DNA of 64,000 nucleotides, from assembly GCF_004010195.1 (NCBI RefSeq), contig NC_057755.1, forward strand, positions 12,397,137-12,461,136, read 5' to 3'. The notes beneath the pieces were generated by a model. That model was not told where the DNA came from, made no database searches, and saw nothing but the letters and a program-made list of their open reading frames with translations. The position numbers and the translations under genes are program-made. Positions within the stretch are counted from its first letter, which is position 1. The number at the start of each line of letters is the position of its first letter. This document shows, one piece after another, positions 24,316 through 37,282 of this stretch. This DNA comes from Chiloscyllium plagiosum. Its lineage: Eukaryota.

Positions 24316-27300
24316 ACCCAGTCCTAAAGATTCCGAGACATCAAAGGTTCTCTGGGTGTGTTCTTCATATACTTTGTTCTATAGGGATTATATTGGGCCT
24401 CGCCAACTTGTTGGGGCTTCTATATTGATGTAAAATGTTATTCGGAATAATTACAAGAAATCTGCCCCAACTAAACTGTATCCCAATTAATGTTGAAGAA
24501 ATTCAAAACTTTTAATATAATCACCCTATTAGTATTACCTGTACACATCTCATAGTTGCTCCTCTATTCACCATTGACTGTTTGGGGGACTATTAAACAT
24601 TCCCAGCAATGTGATGGTTCCCTTGAATTCCAAAGCAACAGTATCAGAATTCCATGTGTCAATCCAAGCCGTTAACTCATCTGATATACTTATAATACTC
24701 CTAGCACTAGAGGTCATCCTTGTTTTATTCCCTTAAAATTCAACATTACTCAACTCTCTCTGCCTTGATTACTTCACTAAAGTATGCTGCGTTCCTATTG
24801 TACTAACATTGTGTCCTTTCCCCTTGCTGAACGAAATTCCTTCTAATAACACCATCAAACCCACCCACAAAGTTTTCTTAAAAGTTACGTTGTTACGTGT
24901 AAGTTGCTTTGGCAATTTGCTCCAGGATGTTGCCCCTCAAATTAGAGATCTGTGATCAAGATCAAAAGGATGAAACGATAGAAGAGGCAGGTGTGAAAGC
25001 CAGGGATAGCATTTGCCCTTGCAAATGTCAAACAGCTAAAATGATCCTGCAAGCTGTGTGGCCAAGAGTGGGGACTGCAGGGAGGATCAGTGAATTGGCC
25101 ACGGCACCAGGGCACATTGAGATATTCAAGTTGGGGGAGGAAAGAGGATTGTGGTACTGGTAGGATGCAATGTAATTACTTACATAGATAGTGTTATCTA
25201 CGGCCATGAGTACGAGTCCAAAGGCCTTGTTGTCTGCGTGGTGCCAAGTTAAGAGCATCTCTATAGGACTGGAAAGGAACTTGGAATAAGAGATGAGTTG
25301 TCATCATTCACATTGGTACCAGGGACATTGATGGTACCTGAAAGGAGGTTCTGCTGAAAGAATTTGAGAAGTTATGAGCTAAAGTAATAAATACAACCTT
25401 TAAGCATATAATCTCTGGATTACTCGTTAGGTAGATTGGACATGCTGAATTACCCGTAGGGATGTGTAGGCTAGATGGATTGGTCATGGGAAATGCAGGG
25501 TTACAACGATAGGGTAGAGGGGATGAGGTTCTCTTTAGAGGATCGATGTTAACTCAATGGGCTGAATAGCCTGCTTCCACACTTTAGGGATTCTATGATA
25601 TTATGGCCACCAAGGGCTCTTAGAGTCATAAAGTCATTGAGATGTACAGCACGGAGACAGACTCTTTGGTCCAACTCGTCCATGCCGACCAGATATCCAA
25701 ACCTAATCATGTCCTATTTGCCAGCACTTGCCCATATCCCTCTAAACCTTTGCTATTCATAAACCCATTGAGATGCCTTTTAAATTTTGTAATTGTACCA
25801 GCCTCCACTACTTCCTCTGGCAGCTCATTGCATACACGAACCATCCTCTGTGTGAAAAAGTTGCCCCTTAGGTCCCTTTTATATCTTTCCTCTCTCACCC
25901 TAAACCTATGCCCTCTAGTTCTAGACTCCCCCACCCCAAAGAAAAGACATGATTAATTAATCCTATCCATGCCCATCATGGTATTATAAACCTTTTGTAT
26001 AAGGTCACCCCTCAGGGAAAACAGCCCTAACCTATTCAGCCTCTCCCTATAGCTCAAATCCCCTAACCCTGGCAACATCCTTTTCTGAACCCTTTCAAGT
26101 TTCACAACATCCTTCTGGTAGGAAGGGAACCAGAATTGGATGCAATATTGCAGAAGTCGGTGAACCAATATCCTGTACAGCCGCAACATGACCTCCCAAC
26201 TACAATAATCAATGCTCTGACCAATAAAGGAAAGCATACCAAACACCTTCTTCACTATCCTATCTACCTGCGACACTACTTTCAAGGAACTATGAACCTA
26301 CACTCCAAGGTCTCTTTGTTCAGCAACATTCCCCAGGACCTTACCATTAAGTGTATAAGTCCTGCTCTGATTTGCTTTTCCTCGCATTTATCTAAATTAA
26401 ACTCCATCTACCACTCCTCAGCCCATTGGCCCATCTGATCAAGATCTCATTGTACTCTGAGATAACCTTCTTTGATGTCCACCACACCTCAATTTTGGTG
26501 TCATCTGCAAGCTTACTAACTGTACCTCCTATGTTCACATCCAAATCATTTGTATAAATGATGAAAAGTAGTGGACCCAGCACTGATCCTTGTGGCACTC
26601 CACTGGTCACAGACCTCCAGTCTGAAAAACCACCCTCCACCACCACCCTCTGTCTTCTACCTTAGAGCCAGTTCTATATCCAAACAGCGAGTTCTCCCTG
26701 TATTCCATGAGATCTAACTTTGCTAACCAGTCTCCCATGGGGAACTTTGTCGAATGCCTTTCTAAAGCCCATACGTCTACCACACTGCCCTCATCAATCC
26801 TCTTTGTTACTTCTTCAAAAAATTCAATCAAGTTCGTGACACATGATTTCCCACACACAAATCCATGTTCACTATCCCTAATTAGTCCTTTCCTTTCCAA
26901 ATACATGTAAATCCTGTCCCTCAGGATTCCGTCCAACAACTTGCCGACCACCGACTTCAGGCTCACCGGTCTATAGGGCCCTGGCTTTTCTTTACTACCT
27001 TCCTTAAATGGTGGTACCATGTTAGCCAACCTCCAGTCTTCCGACACCTCACCTGTGACTATCGATGATGCAAATATCTCAGCAAAGGGCCTAGCAATCA
27101 CTTCCCTAGTTTCCCACAGAGTTCGAGGGTACACCTGATCAGGTCCTGGAGATTTATTCACTTTTATTCGTTTCAAGAGATCAGCACCTCCTCCTCTGTA
27201 ATATAAAGATTTTTCTCCACCTTCTATATCTTCCATGTCCTTTTTCACAGTAAACACTGATGCAAAATACTCATTTTGTCTCTTTCCCCATATCCTGTGG

Positions 27301-27877
27301 CTCCACACATAGACTGCCTTACTGATCTTTGAGGGGTCCAATTCTCTCCCTAGTTACCCATTTGATCTTAATGCATTTTTAAAACCCTTTGGATTCCCCT
27401 TAATCCTATTTGCCAAAGCTATCTCATGTCCCCTTTTTGCCCTCCTGATTTCCCTCTTAAGTATACTCCTAGTGCCTTTAAGGATTCACTCGATCTATCC
27501 TGTCTATACCTTACATATGCTTCCTTCTTCTTAACCAAACTTTCAATTTCTCTAGTCATCCAGAATTCCCTATACCTACCAGCATTTACTTTCACCCGAA
27601 CAGGAATATACTGTCTCTGGAGTCTCCTTATCTAATTTTTGAAGGCTTCCCATTTTCCAGCCGTCCCTTTACCTGCAAACATCTGCCCCCAATCAGCTTT
27701 TGAATGTTCTTGCCTAATACCGTCAAAATTGGCCTTTCTCCAATTTAGAACTTCAACTTTTAGATCTGGTCTATCCTTTTCCATCGCTATTTTAAAACTA
27801 ATAGAATTATGGTCACTGGCCCCAAAGTTCTCCCCCACTGACACTTCAGTCACCTGCCCTGCTTTATTTCTCAAGTA

Positions 27878-28090
27878 CGTGTATGGAATGAGCTGCCAGA
27901 GGATGTGGTGGAGGCTGGTACAATTGCAACATTTAAGAGGTATTTGCATGGATATATGAATAGGAAGGATTTGGAGGGATATGGGCCAGGCGCTGGCAGG
28001 TGGGACTAGATTGGGTTGGGATATCTGGTCGGCATGGACAGGTTGGACTGAAGGATCTGTTTCCATGCTGTACATCTCTATGACTCTCTA
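27878..28090 (+). mobile_element. CR1 3' end nested in the larger CR1
   Basis: GTATGGAATGAGCTGCCAG...TACATCTCTATGACTCT. Confidence 0.85.
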
Positions 28091-29806
28091 ATAGGTCAGG
28101 TTTTGCACCTTCTCGTCGGTACATCCACATACTGAATCACTTAACAAATTCCTCTCCATCTAAACCCTTAACACTATTGCAATCTCAGACTATGTTTGGA
28201 AAGTTAAAATCCCCCAACAGAGCCACCCTGTTATTCTTACAGATAACTGAAATCACCTTACAAATTTGTTTCTCAATTTCCTGCTGACTGCTATGGGGTC
28301 TATAATACAATTCCAATAAGGGGATCACCCCTTTCTTATTTCTCAGTTCCACCCAAATAACCTCCTGGTTGTATTCCCAGGAATATCTTCCCTAAGTACA
28401 GCTGTAATGCTATCCCTTATAAAAAAAAAGTCACTTCCCCTCTTCTCTTGCCCCCCTTTCTATCCTTTCTGTTGCATTTGTACCCTAGAAAATTAAGTTG
28501 CCAGTCCTGACCATCTGTGAGCCATGTTTCTGTAATTGTTAAGATATCCCAGCCCCATGCTCCTAGCTATGACCTGAGTTCATCTGCCTCCCCTGTTAGG
28601 CTTCTTGCACTGAAGTAAACACAGTTTAATTTATCAGTCCAACCTTGTTCTCTGCTTTGTTCCTGCCTTCCCTGACTGTTTGACTTGCTCCCTTTTCCAA
28701 TTGTACTAGTCTCAAATTGATCTCTTACCTCACTAATTCCCAGGGTCTCCCCCCCCACCCCCACGCCCACTTTACTAGTTTAAATCCTCCCAAGTAGCTT
28801 TAGCAAATCTCCCTGCCAGTATATTAGTCCCCATCCAATTCAGGTGCAATCCATTCTTCTTATACATGTCACTTCCACCCCAGAAGAGATTCCAATGATC
28901 CAAAAATGTGAACCCTTCTCCCATGCACCAGCTCCTCAGCCACGCATTCATCTCCTCTAACCTCCTATTCCTACCCTCACTAGCTTGCAGATCAGGAGTA
29001 ATCCAGATATTACTACTCTCAAGGACTTCCTTTTTAACTACCTGCCTAACTTGCTATATTCTCCACTCAGAATCTCGTCCTTCTCCCTTCCCCTGTCGTT
29101 AGTTCCAATTTGTACCATGACCTCCTGCTGGTCCCTCTCCTCTTTGAAAACATTCTGCACCCTCTCTGAGATATCCTTGATCCTGGCACCAGGGAGGCAG
29201 CAACCATTCTGATTTCTCGCTGCCGACCGCAGAAACGTCTGTCTGTGCCTCTGACTGGAGAGTCCCCTATCACAATCGATAGCTTGGAACCCAACGTACT
29301 CCTCATTTCATTAGAGCCAAACTTGGCTGTTCATTGTTGTGGTTCTGTTCGCCGAGCTGGAAATTTTTGTTGCAAACGTTTCTTCCCCTGGCTAGACGAC
29401 ATCATCAGTGCTTGGGAGCCTCCTGCGAAGCTCTTCTTTGATGTTTCCTCCGGTGTTTATAGTGGTCTGTCCCTGCCGCTTCCGGTTGTCAGTTTCAGCT
29501 GTCCGCTGTAGTGGTTGGTATATTGGGTCCAGGTCGATGTGTTTGTTGATGGAGTTTGTGGATGAATGCCATGACTCTAGGAATTCCCTGGCTGTTCTCT
29601 GTCTGGCTTGCCCTATGATAGTAGTGTTGTCCCAGTCGAATTCATGTTGCTTGTTGTCTGCGTGTGTGGCTACTAAGGATAGCTGGTCGTGTCGTTTCGT
29701 GGCTAGTTGATGTTCATGTATGCGGATTGTTAGCTGTCTTCCTGTTTGTCCTATATAGTGTTTAGTGCAGTCCTTGCATGGGATTTTGTACACTACATTG
29801 GTTTTG

Positions 29807-29916
29807 NNNNNNNNNNNNNNNNNNNNNNNNNNNNNNNNNNNNNNNNNNNNNNNNNNNNNNNNNNNNNNNNNNNNNNNNNNNNNNNNNNNNNNNNNNNNNN
29901 NNNNNNNNNNNNNNNN
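29807..29916. other. Assembly gap (110 N)
   Basis: Run of N. Confidence 1.
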
Positions 29917-30187
29917 TCTTTGATGTTTCCTCGGTGTTTATAGTGGTCTGTCCCTGCTGCTTCCGGTTGTCAGTTTCAGCTGTCCGCTATTTTGGTTGGT
30001 ATATTGGGTCCAGGTCGGTGTGTTTGTTGATGTGTTCATCCACAAACTCCATCAACAAACACATCGACCTGGACCCAATATACCAACCACTACAGCGGAC
30101 AGCTGAAACTGACAACCGGAAGCGGCAGGGACAGACCACTATAAACACCGGAAGAAACATCAAAGAAGCGCTTCGCAGGAGGCTCCC

Positions 30188-30229
30188 AAGCACTGATGAT
30201 GTCGCCTAGCCAGGGGACGAAACGTTTGC
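30188..30229 (+). ncRNA. Minimal hammerhead-ribozyme-like motif in the pLTR
   Basis: GCA-CUGAUGA-U-GUCGCCU-AGCC-AGGGGAC-GAAA-CG-UU-UGC. Confidence 0.6.
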
Positions 30230-31806
30230 AACAAAAACTTCCAGCTCGGCGAACAGAACCACAACAACGAGCACCTGAGCTACAAATCTTCGCACAAACT
30301 TTGGCTGTTCATGCTAAATTCCTCTGAGAGACCATCACCCCCTACATTTTCCAAAACAGCATACTTGTTTGAGATGGGGATAGCCACAGAACACTCCTGC
30401 CTACCCCTCCTACCTTTCCTGGAGGTAACCCATCTACCTGACTGTATCTGTGATTTTTCTCCCTTCCTATAATTGCCATTCATCACACCCCCTAGCTCCT
30501 GTAAATTCCTCATTGCCTCTAACTGCCGCTGCAACTGATCCATGTGATCTGATAGATTCACAACCAAAGACACTTGCTGCAGACATAATCATCAGTAACA
30601 TGGAAACTCTTTCCAAATTCCCACATACAACAGGAGGAGCATAGCACTCTACTGAAGGCCATCTTTGCTCCTTCACAATCTACAGACCTAGAAAATAGCA
30701 CCATATTTTTGCTTTAGATACAGTGCTCCAGGCTAACTTAGTACTTATGGTTTTTTTTTAATTTAATCAAGAGACAGATTTCAATAAAACATATAATCAA
30801 GAAAAAACCCACTTTACAGCAAGATTACATGTTAAAAACTGTGCGTTTATCTGTTCCTGTTCTGTGAACTGTCCCACACAAGTTGCTCCAAGGTCAGCTC
30901 AGCCATGCATTCATCTGCCCTATTCTCCTATTCCTGTACCCACTGGCACTTGGCACTGATTGTGATCCAGAGATTACAACCTTTGAAATTTTAATTTCCT
31001 TTTCATTTTAAACTTTTTTTTGTTTTTTAATCTACTACCTAACTTCCAGATTTCTTCTATATCATTGGTAATAATGTGTGCTATAACTTCTGTCTTATCA
31101 CCCTCCCCTTTCAGGTTGCCCTGCAGCCAAGCATAATGATACTTTGACTCTGGATTCAGGGAGACAACACAATATCCTAGACTCTTGGCTGTATCCATGG
31201 AAACACCTGTCTGTTCTCCTGCCAATCACATTCTTGCTTTCTTTTTCCTCCCTTCATACATAGTCAGACTGCTTATGGTGCCAGAAACTTGGCTCTGACT
31301 ACACTCCTTTCAGAAACCAGCACTCTTATCAGCTTTCAAAATGGAAAACCAATCTGGATAAGCATACCCCAGAGGACTCCTGCATGACCTCTTCGACTGG
31401 TCACCCATTCCCATATTTTCTTCAGTCCCTTGGAGTACAGTGTGACCAAATCTCTAAACCTGATCACAGACTCATGGATGTGCCATAGTCTCCATTCGCC
31501 GAACTAGATCTGAAACCTTTCTACAGTTGGGAGCACTTGCTTTGCAGATCTCTCTGTACTAAAGCATTCTGTGGTCTCACATTTAGATAATATTATATTA
31601 TTTTAATGTTTATTGCAAATTGGAAGTTTACGTTTCCTCAAATTATATATTACATTGCTTATCCTGCCTGTCTCAATTGCAGTCAACAGAGTGTCTATAG
31701 CTGATGAATCATTGAGGAATAAATGTACTTTCTTAAATGCTCAAAATGAAATTTTCAGGCCCCGTACTTTAACATTGGGTTGTAACACTTTGACACTCTA
31801 TGACAG

Positions 31807-32111
31807 GTATGCAAAGACTTTCCATAAGCTAGTTCGAAGCCTGCTTACTGACTGTGATGTGCGATTCCAGCTGGCTGAGGATGGCACTGGGAAAGGGGCT
31901 GCCATGGTGACTGCAGTAGCTCAGAGGCTCGTTTACCAACGTAATTACATAGACAAGACCCTCGCACCATTCAGACTCAATCGAGACCAACTGCTCAACA
32001 TAATGGACAAGATGAGATTGGATATGGAACGTGGATTAAAACAAGAGACCCAAAGCAGTGCCACAGTCAAAATGCTTCCCACCTACGTTTGTAAACTTCC
32101 CACAGGAAATG
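31807..32111 (+). CDS. HKDC1: Hexokinase (HKDC1-like), exon 10 equivalent (end of N-half, linker helix, start of C-half)
   Basis: gacag|G...AATG|gtatgt; 305 bp; YAKTFHKLVRSLLTDCDVRFQLAEDGTGKGAAMVTAVAQRL...ATVKMLPTYVCKLPTGN. Confidence 0.92.
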
Positions 32112-33943
32112 GTATGTCACTACCAGACTTTTAATCTCCAGGTCAATAGTGCAAAGTTACACCACCACCATGTTAGTGATTTAACTAAACAAAGGTTTGT
32201 TGTGCTTCTTCTGCTTACCTGGTCTCAGCTATCAGCATTCCATCTCTTGATGAGGTGCTTGAACCTTCAAGATCCACTCCACAGGTTCAATAATGAACAT
32301 GAATGATGCATTATAATGAGACAGTGCTTTTGTGAGACAGTACTGTGTCAGGGCAGTGTTGCAGAGAGGCAGTGCTGTACCTGAGGCACTGCAGTACAGG
32401 TACCGAACTTATTAATAGGCAACTTCTGCAATCTGTTTAAACATAATTGGTGAGGCCACTGCTAGAACATTCTGTTCAGTTCTGGCCTCCCGACTATAAG
32501 AAGGATGTTGTTAAACTTGAAAGGGTTTAGAAAGGATTTACAAGGATGTTGTAAATATTCCAAAAGCCATCTTTAGCTCGCAACTCCAAATTCACAGCTC
32601 CAAACCAAAATTGATAAAAGAATAAAATAAAAACAATGAAACTTTAGCAAGGACTCTAAAACACTGTTAATTGTGGTGTTAATCATATTGTCACCACTAC
32701 CAGGTGGCTTGGCTTTAGTGAACCAGATATTCTCCAAAGAGTGGTTACAGCAGTGTAAATTGAAGTTGTGCATTGGGATTCATGTGGAATCCCTAATACA
32801 GCTGACTCCAAGGACTGGGAAATAGAAACTTCCAATAGTCAAGTTCCACATGTTTGGGACTCTCCAGAAAAGCCCCTTATCGGGAAAAAATTTGGAGGTT
32901 CTGACTCACTTAAATTTAGTGGCTACCTCGGAAATGTTAGACTATATAAAACTAATTGAACAATCGTAACTATTGAACTGAATTCCAACACACGACCAAC
33001 CTCCCTTCATCCCTCCCTAACCTTTTGGCATCTTCTGACCCAAACCTACGCAGACAGATCCAATGCACACCCCCACAGACCTGACCGTGACAAAATCCTC
33101 TCAACCCCACCCAGCTGGTTTCAACACCTTACCCCACCTCTCCCATGACCATCCCTTGGACCTTATCTGAACAAACAATCCTTCTGCTACACAAAAGCAT
33201 GAATACACTTACCAACCATCATGGACTTCTCATCCACTGGCACCCTACTCTCTTAGACATCAGGTACTCTAGTCCTCCTGCTCCCTCCCATAGCTTATTG
33301 ATATTTCTAATCAACCTGTTTGGAGCATTATGACAAACCCCTGGAACAGGTTGGAATGGATCCCAGGCTTCCTGGCCCAGAGGCAGGGATATTACGAGAA
33401 CCTTAGTCAAATATTAAAGTTTGATTTTTGTGTATTTTTAAAGACCCAGGCCTATTGAATACAAGACTAACTTGTTTTAGATACATTTCAATAGACCACA
33501 GGAGCAGATGGGACCTGAGCCGGGGAATCCTAGCCCAAAAGTAAAGTCACTTACTTACCTTTATATACTTATTGTTCCTCAGTCACTGGCAAAGTTGCTT
33601 TCAGACATTTAAACAATTTAACTGCTGAATGTCTTTTAAAATGTTGAGTGTGTGTTGTTCTACCAAAGTGCTCTTGTGCTGAGTCAATTTCCCCCTGGTT
33701 ATCTCTAATGGATGCTGTTGGGACAAGCCAGACCTGGTATCTTAGCCAGAAAAATTGGCCAGTAAAAGTGTAGTTTTAAAGAGGATTGCCATCAGCCAAA
33801 TCCATTGTAACATAATTGAAATATCTGGACAAATGTGTTTATTTCAATATTTTAATAAGTATTGTGTGATTGGCACATTGTTGTCAAACACATCATGATC
33901 TACTCCAAGAAAAAATCAAACCATTACCCCTTGATATTTAAGA

Positions 33944-34264
33944 GCACGGTGGTACAGTGGTTAACACTGCTGCCTCACAGCGCCAGAGACCCGGGTTCAA
34001 TTCCTGCCTCAGGCGACTGTGTGGAGTTTGCACATTCTCTCCGTGTCTGCGTGGGTTTCCTCTGGGTGCTCTGGTTTCCTCCCACAGTCCAAAAAGAATG
34101 TGCAGGTCAGGTGAATTGGCCATGCTAAATTGCCTGTAGTGTTAGGTGAAGGGTAAATGTAGGGGAATGGGTCTGGGTGGGTTACGCTTCGGCGGGTCGG
34201 TGTGGACTTGTTGGGCCAAAGGGCCTGTTTCCACACTGTAAGTAATCTAATCTAATCTAATCTA
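33944..34264 (+). mobile_element. Young HE1 SINE
   Basis: tRNA-like head, core and (TAATC)4 tail. Confidence 0.92.
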
Positions 34265-34297
34265 AAGCACTTACATTGCTGAATCCCACATCATTCA

Positions 34298-34630
34298 CAT
34301 AGAATCCCAACAGTGTACACACAGGCCATTCTTCCAAGTGGTCCACACCAACTGTCCGAAGAGCATTCCACTCAGGCCCATCCCCCTTCCCTATATTTTC
34401 CATGGGTAACCCACCTAGCCTGCACATGCCTGAACACTATGGATAATTTAGCACAGCCAATCATCATTACCTGCACATCTTTGGATTTGGGATGAAACCA
34501 GAGCACCTGGTGGGCACCCATACAGACACAGGGACAATGTGCAAACTCCATGCAGACAGTTGTCCAAGGATGGAATTGAACCTGGGTCCCTGGCACTGTT
34601 CCACAGCAGTGCTAACAATGAGCCACCGTG
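34298..34630 (-). mobile_element. Older HE1 SINE
   Basis: Diverged reverse-complement HE1. Confidence 0.75.
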
Positions 34631-35124
34631 CAGTCTCAGGGTTTAGCATTGATCAAGCACTGAAAAGATCAGAGGCTGGGAATTCTATGCCAAGTAATTC
34701 ACATACTGACGTCTCAATATCTATCCACCATCTATGAAGCACATTGAAATTGAAGTATAAAATTATGGGCAGAATCAATGGGGTAGATGGGAAGGACCTT
34801 GGTGGAGGGATAAATGCCAGGAACATAAAATTGAGGTAAAGGGAAGGTGGTTTAGAGGGTATGTGGTGAAAAATCTTTTTCATCTAGAAAGTGGTGGAAG
34901 TCTGGAAGTTATTGTCTGTAAGCGTGATAGAGGCAGATAACCTCATAACATTTAAGAGATGTATTTAGGTATATACTTGCAATGCCAAGGCATACAAGAC
35001 GAAGGGAATGTAGGATTAAAATCATTAGGTGGATGTTTTTGACCAGCACAAACTTGAGGGGCTGAAGGCCTTTTTCAGTGCTATGACAGTAAGTCAGGAG
35101 TGTAATGGAATACCGCACTTTCCT

Positions 35125-35308
35125 GGATGAGGGCACCTCTAATAACACTCACGGGGATGAGGGCACCTCTAATAACACTCACGGGGTTGAGTGCACCTCT
35201 AATAACACTCACGGGGATGAGTGCACCTCTAATAACACTCACGGGGATGAGGGCACCTCTAATAACACTCATGGGGATGAGTGCACCTCTAATAACACTC
35301 ACGGGGAT
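35125..35308. repeat. 30-bp minisatellite, about 6 copies
   Basis: GGATGAG(G/T)GCACCTCTAATAACACTCACGG in head-to-tail copies. Confidence 0.97.
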
Positions 35309-35499
35309 TGACGCCACCAAAGCAGCCAGCTTGATTGAAACCAGATTCACAACTTTTAACATTCACACTTGCAGCAACAATGCACAGGAGCAGCAGTATG
35401 TACCATCTACTAGACGCTGCAGCAACTCACCAAGACTCGGTTGACAATACCTTCCAAACCTGTAACCTTTACCACCAAGAAAGATAGGGGTGGTAAACA

Positions 35500-36550
35500 G
35501 ACCCTTTGGTCCAACCCTTTCATGCTGACCAGGTATACTAAACTGAACTAATGCTACTTGCCTGCATTTGGTCCATATCCCTCTAAACCTTTTCTATTCA
35601 TGTACCTGTCCAAATAGCTTTTAAATTTGTAATTTTACCTGCCTCTACTACTTCTTCTGGCAACTCATTCCATCCATGCACCACTCACTGTGTGACGAAA
35701 GTTGCCCCTCAGGTCCCTTTTAAATAATCTTCCTCTTACCTTGAATCTATTCTCTCTAGCTTTGGGCTCACCTATCCTTGGATAAAGACCTTGCTATTCA
35801 CCTTATCTATGCCCCTCATAATTTTATAAACCTCTATAAATTCACCCCTCAGCCTCCAATGTTCCAAGGGAAGAAAGTCCCAGCCTATCCAGGCTCTCCT
35901 TATAATTCAAACCTTCTAACCACGGCAACATCCTTGTAAATTGTTTCTGCACTCTTTCAGAGAAAGTGAGGGCTGCAGATGCTGGAGATCAGAGCTGAAA
36001 ATGTGTTGCTGGAAAAGCGCAGCAGGTCAGGCAGCATCCAAAGAACAAGAGAATCGACGTTTCGGGCATAAGCCCTTCTTCAGGAATCCTGAATGTCGAT
36101 TGTCCTGCTCCTTGGATGCTGCCTGACCTGCTGCGCTTTTCCAGCAACACATTTTCAGCTCTGCACTCTTTCAGTTTAACAACATCCTTCCTATGCAGGG
36201 TGACAAGAATTGGATACATTATTCCTAAAGTGGCCTCATCAGCTGCAACATGATGTTCCAACTTCTATATTCAGTGCTTTATCCAATAAGAGCAAGTGTG
36301 CCAAGTGCCTTCTTCATCACCCTGACTACAAGTGAAGCCACTTTCAAGGAACTATGAATCTGCACCCCTAGGTCCACATTGCATTTATCTAAATTAAATT
36401 CCATCTGCCATTTCTCAGCTCATTGGCTCATCCAATCAAGATCTCTTTGTTCTCTTAGATAACCTTTTTTTGCTGTCCACTATGCCACCAATTACAGTGT
36501 TATCCACAATCTTACTAACCACACCTCCTATATTCACATCCAAATAATTG
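35500..36550 (-). mobile_element. CR1 3' part
   Basis: RKDVVKLK; similarity to 10020..10900. Confidence 0.8.
35961..36163. mobile_element. Penelope-derived hairpin mini-element with hammerhead-like motif and 15-bp TSD
   Basis: 69-bp inverted arms 35990..36058 and 36095..36163; TCTGCACTCTTTCAG at 35946..35960 and 36160..36174. Confidence 0.85.
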
Positions 36551-36871
36551 CTATCAATGCAGTTTGTCAAATCCTGGAACTGCTTTCTTAAAATCATTGT
36601 GAGTGTGCTGATACCAAATGAACTGCAGCAGTTCTTAAAGGCAGTTCATCACCACCATCTCTCAGAAAATTGGGAATGGGCATCAAATGAAGGCCTAGCC
36701 AGATTTACCCACATCTCAATAATGTTTTTTAAATGATTAAGCTTTTAACAGAGAGCAATGGCACATGGATAGTTGCTTCTACCATACTAACATGAAGGTC
36801 CCTCAGACTCTTATGTCTAAATTGAAAGCATTTTTCTGTCAGTAACAACATGAGACAATTTTCTTTTGCAG

Positions 36872-37020
36872 AGAATGGCAAATACATTGCTCTTGACTTA
36901 GGTGGCACCAACCTCCGTATCCTACTCGTTGTGCTACATTCTGGGATGAGGAAATCTCTTCGAATGTACAGCAAAATCTTTCCCATTCCTCTGGAGATTA
37001 TGCAAGGGACAGGTGAAGAG
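36872..37020 (+). CDS. HKDC1: Hexokinase (HKDC1-like), exon 11 equivalent
   Basis: ttttgcag|AG...GAAGAG|gtgtgt; 149 bp; [20 protein letters not shown]...[20 protein letters not shown] with the phosphate-1 motif DLGGT. Confidence 0.93.
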
Positions 37021-37282
37021 GTGTGTATGTAACTGTACAATTTGGGATACTAGTGTAGGAGTGACTTGAGACATGGCCTGGTGAATCTTGTCTATTTGGC
37101 AGGGTCAGGTAATTTTTGGGTACTCAATGCCTAAGTCCAGGTGGTGGTGGAGTGGCGGTGATGAAAACTTGGAGCTTCAAAAGAGGGTCAGCAGCAATGG
37201 CAGAGGGTGTCCTCAGCATATCCCTTACAGCTTCCCTGATGTCGGATCTTGCAAACAGACACTGCTGTTGAATGAAGCACTC

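Larger units (their letters stand above)
29335..30300 (-). mobile_element. Penelope-like retroelement with GIY-YIG endonuclease, direct and inverted pLTRs, 12-bp TSD
   Basis: YKIPCKDCTKHYIGQTGRQLTIRIHEH; 29917..30032 repeats 29435..29551; 30035..30300 is inverted; TTGGCTGTTCAT at 29323..29334 and 30301..30312. Confidence 0.9.
25620..30900 (-). mobile_element. Near full-length CR1 LINE (ORF1 esterase, ORF2 EN-RT), decayed, with nested insertions
   Basis: [48 protein letters not shown]; 3' tail at about 25620. Confidence 0.9.
35090..36730 (+). mobile_element. Old 3' end of the 60096-type LINE, split by the minisatellite and a CR1
   Basis: 35090..35460 aligns with 63095..63303; continues at 36565..36725 with a GGGCATCAAATGAAGGCCTAGCCAG tail. 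Confidence 0.65.

Noticed and set aside
26607..27341. Long RT-like ORFs as active genes (also 43795..44343, 58559..59083, 62531..63196)
   Set aside because: They are fragments of LINE ORFs broken by frameshifts and stops; no intact autonomous copy is visible.
31613..31806. N-terminal extension of the 173-aa ORF
   Set aside because: No hexokinase similarity before the acceptor at 31805..31806; chance open intronic frame.
35125..35308. CRISPR-like array or repeat-protein ORFs
   Set aside because: Units are head-to-tail with no unique spacers, the context is eukaryotic, and the ORFs are by-products of a 30-bp period.
35961..36163. DNA-transposon MITE interpretation of the hairpin elements
   Set aside because: Asymmetric ends, long variable TSDs, hammerhead cores and shared arms with a GIY-YIG copy point to Penelope origin.
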